In this document: positions 63,301-64,000 of the stretch, piece after piece
Position numbering within the stretch: position 1 is the first letter of the stretch
How the letters are laid out: every line of letters starts with the position of its first letter
NCBI GenBank assembly: GCA_013265495.1
Contig: MU057930.1
Location: 257,599 to 321,598, forward strand
DNA from: Vicugna vicugna
Taxonomy: Eukaryota
Direction of reading: 5' to 3'
Length of the DNA: 64,000 bases
Program-made: the position numbers and the translations under genes
The notes under the pieces: generated by a model
What the model saw: the letters and a program-made list of their open reading frames with translations, nothing else
Databases searched by the model: none
Told to the model about the DNA's origin: nothing

Positions 63301-63695
63301 CTCACTTGGGTGGTTATAAAGGCGAATGAGATCACGTCCCTGCAGAGGAGTTCCTTTAAATATCAGTTGTGACCAAAAAAGATAAAGTGACTCAATTCAT
63401 TTAAAATGTTCAAAACAATGTTCCCTTAACAAATGGAAAACAGTTTAAAAAAAAAAAAGAAAGATAATAGTGCATTAAGATCTATCCACAGAGTTTCTCC
63501 CCCAGCTACGACATCTGTTTTTTTTTTAACACCTTTATGGGGGTGCGGTCCCTGTACAGTAAACTACACGCATTTCAGATGTACGATTTGATGAATTTTG
63601 ATAGATCTAGACACCCACAAAAGCACCGCCACAATCAAGGTCCCGCTCTGACATCTTGCTTCCGATCTTCCCTTGCAGAACCAGAGACCGTCTGA
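36527..63695 (+). CDS. XG: Glycoprotein Xg, spliced CDS join(36527..36587,46228..46269,48027..48050,49255..49320,51259..51321,54053..54115,55633..55695,58024..58065,58975..59010,60097..60213,63679..63695); 594 nt, 197 aa
   Basis: In-frame join gives [52 protein letters not shown]…[43 protein letters not shown], characteristic of XG, directly downstream of CD99. Confidence 0.94.
37455..37575 (-). mobile_element. Vic-1-like SINE
   Basis: Same consensus as the copy at 15818. Confidence 0.8.
38760..38980. mobile_element. MER20-like element
   Basis: ctttgtcccccagggcacacttggccgtgtctggag…ccccaatgctaattctgctgaggt. Confidence 0.65.
38990..39452. repeat. Compound (CATC/TATC)n simple repeat adjoining an MLT-type LTR (~39460-39720)
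   Basis: Read directly. Confidence 0.88.
41750..42340 (-). mobile_element. ERV1-like solo LTR
   Basis: ggtccttggcttcctgcaggaaagaattcaagtgcgagcc pattern typical of an ERV1 LTR read antisense; boundaries uncertain. Confidence 0.5.
44640..44815 (-). mobile_element. L1 ORF2 fragment
   Basis: Translates [11 protein letters not shown]…[14 protein letters not shown]…GRINI, typical of L1 ORF2p. Confidence 0.85.
45700..45965 (+). mobile_element. L1 3' end fragment
   Basis: gagtttgggattagcaga…agcacagggaactctattcaatatcc. Confidence 0.8.
46228..46269 (+). CDS. XG: XG exon 2 ([14 protein letters not shown])
   Basis: tcttccccacag acceptor, 42 nt, donor GTGAGT. Confidence 0.94.
48027..48050 (+). CDS. 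XG: XG exon 3 micro-exon (EPTKKPSS)
   Basis: ctctctttgcccacag acceptor, 24 nt, donor GTGAGT. Confidence 0.9.
48122..48233 (-). mobile_element. Vic-1-like SINE
   Basis: Same consensus as the copy at 15818. Confidence 0.75.
48320..48620 (+). mobile_element. Old, GC-enriched L1 fragment
   Basis: gaatgcaaatcaaagtcgcagtgagacagca…ggaaccctc…gatggtgcggcc resembles the L1 ORF2 3' consensus. Confidence 0.6.
49255..49320 (+). CDS. XG: XG exon 4 ([22 protein letters not shown])
   Basis: tttgtcccccgcag acceptor, 66 nt, donor GTAAGG. Confidence 0.92.
49800..50160 (-). mobile_element. L1 3' region
   Basis: Reverse ORFs [23 protein letters not shown] and [19 protein letters not shown] are the L1 ORF2p C-terminus. 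Confidence 0.9.
50560..50645 (-). mobile_element. Vic-1-like SINE
   Basis: actggggattgaactcgggacctcgtgcaagctaagc…tgagctgtgcctcccc. Confidence 0.75.
51259..51321 (+). CDS. XG: XG exon 5 ([21 protein letters not shown])
   Basis: gttttcaaccacag acceptor, 63 nt, donor GTGAGA. Confidence 0.92.
51336..51995 (-). mobile_element. ERV solo LTR (~660 bp, TG…CA, possible TSD gtgag/gtggg)
   Basis: ggaaagaattcagagacaagac motif, antisense AATAAA near 51450, terminal TG/CA. Confidence 0.6.
53000..53830. mobile_element. MER21-like LTR
   Basis: aattcagttctggcgtcatctaccc…ggttgagggctc…agaacggctcacagaactcag. Confidence 0.65.
54053..54115 (+). CDS. XG: XG exon 6 ([21 protein letters not shown])
   Basis: ctccgcccccag acceptor, 63 nt, donor [16 protein letters not shown] motif. 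Confidence 0.92.
54560..55000. repeat. AT-rich minisatellite, ~20-24-bp units of TATAAATGCACAGAATCTTTCC type
   Basis: Read directly. Confidence 0.9.
55633..55695 (+). CDS. XG: XG exon 7 ([21 protein letters not shown])
   Basis: ttctgtcctgcag acceptor, 63 nt, donor GTAAAC. Confidence 0.9.
56870..57245. mobile_element. MLT1-type MaLR LTR
   Basis: cagtcctgggggtggaatctgagatcaaggtgtgagcagggctgg…tatgaattttggggg…cagcccctaaca. Confidence 0.7.
57400..57580 (+). mobile_element. L1 3' end fragment
   Basis: gataaacagcaaggtcctactgtacagcacagggaactatattcaata. Confidence 0.8.
58024..58065 (+). CDS. XG: XG exon 8, probably a cassette exon ([14 protein letters not shown])
   Basis: ttctgtcctgcag acceptor, 42 nt, donor GTAAAG; resembles the extra exon of the longer human isoform (recalled). 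Confidence 0.78.
58285..58705. repeat. Degenerate (TG/CA)n alternating purine-pyrimidine tract
   Basis: Read directly. Confidence 0.8.
58975..59010 (+). CDS. XG: XG exon 9 ([12 protein letters not shown])
   Basis: ctcctccccttccag acceptor, 36 nt, donor GTAAGG; STYGNP motif. Confidence 0.9.
60097..60213 (+). CDS. XG: XG exon 10 (transmembrane), ending in a GC donor
   Basis: [39 protein letters not shown]; donor G|GCAAGT. Confidence 0.93.
60260..60576 (+). mobile_element. L1 3' end with AATAAA and A tail, just downstream of the XG TM exon
   Basis: aaacagaaacacatagac…cagcacaggg…taaatcaactata-tgccaataaaaattaaaaaaaaaa. Confidence 0.8.
63679..63695 (+). CDS. XG: XG last coding exon (EPETV*); the 3' UTR runs off the window
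   Basis: tcttcccttgcag acceptor; phase 1 reads E-P-E-T-V-TGA, similar to human EPENV. Confidence 0.85.
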
Positions 63696-64000
63696 GGTCT
63701 TCGAGACCCACGGGTCGCTTTGGGGACATCCCTGTGCAGACAAGAACCCCGATCGTCGCTCCCGTGGCAAGTTCCTTTCATTCTCGGTGTTACCCGCTGC
63801 CCTGAGAGTTTTCTGTCCTGTTTAAAACAGTTGTGCTGCCTAACAAAAAAAAAAAATCCCTGATTCCTTGGACATATTGATGATGAGACATCAGACCACC
63901 GGACCTTGGGTCGTGAAAAGGTTCCTTGCTCTGTTGGTTCCATCATGAATCTGGACAGAGAGGTGCTGAACTGGTCTGAGCACCCAGACAATCTCACGGT

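Noticed and set aside
63679..63695. XG C-terminal ETV as a class I PDZ ligand
   Set aside because: Thr is at position -1 and Glu at -2, so it does not fit S/T-x-V

Overview
Mammalian genomic DNA containing two complete, tandem, + strand paralogous genes of the CD99 family. CD99 (MIC2) has 10 coding exons at 542-31916 and encodes about 189 aa. XG (Xg blood group/PBDX) has 11 coding exons at 36527-63695 and encodes about 197 aa. This gene pair is the known pseudoautosomal cluster of the sex chromosomes, and X versus Y cannot be decided from the sequence. Repeated tRNA-derived SINEs of Vic-1 type point to a camelid (inference). I built the exons by hand from splice signals; every internal coding exon is phase 1-1. 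The introns hold L1 3' ends, Tigger1 derivatives, MER20, MaLR/ERV LTRs, micro- and minisatellites and an AT-rich ~120-bp satellite. Most entries in the supplied ORF track are spurious. Best leads: a recursive-splice-like AG|GTGAGT at the CD99 transmembrane exon; a short-tail CD99 exon (…DESKM*); a GC-AG final XG intron with an intronic poly(A) alternative; a putative non-coding XG first exon and an in-frame CD99-XG read-through route; an ISRE in the CD99 promoter; and a GATA-like minisatellite between the genes. No wholly new gene system is evident. Human comparisons are recalled from memory, not aligned. Repeat boundaries are approximate.
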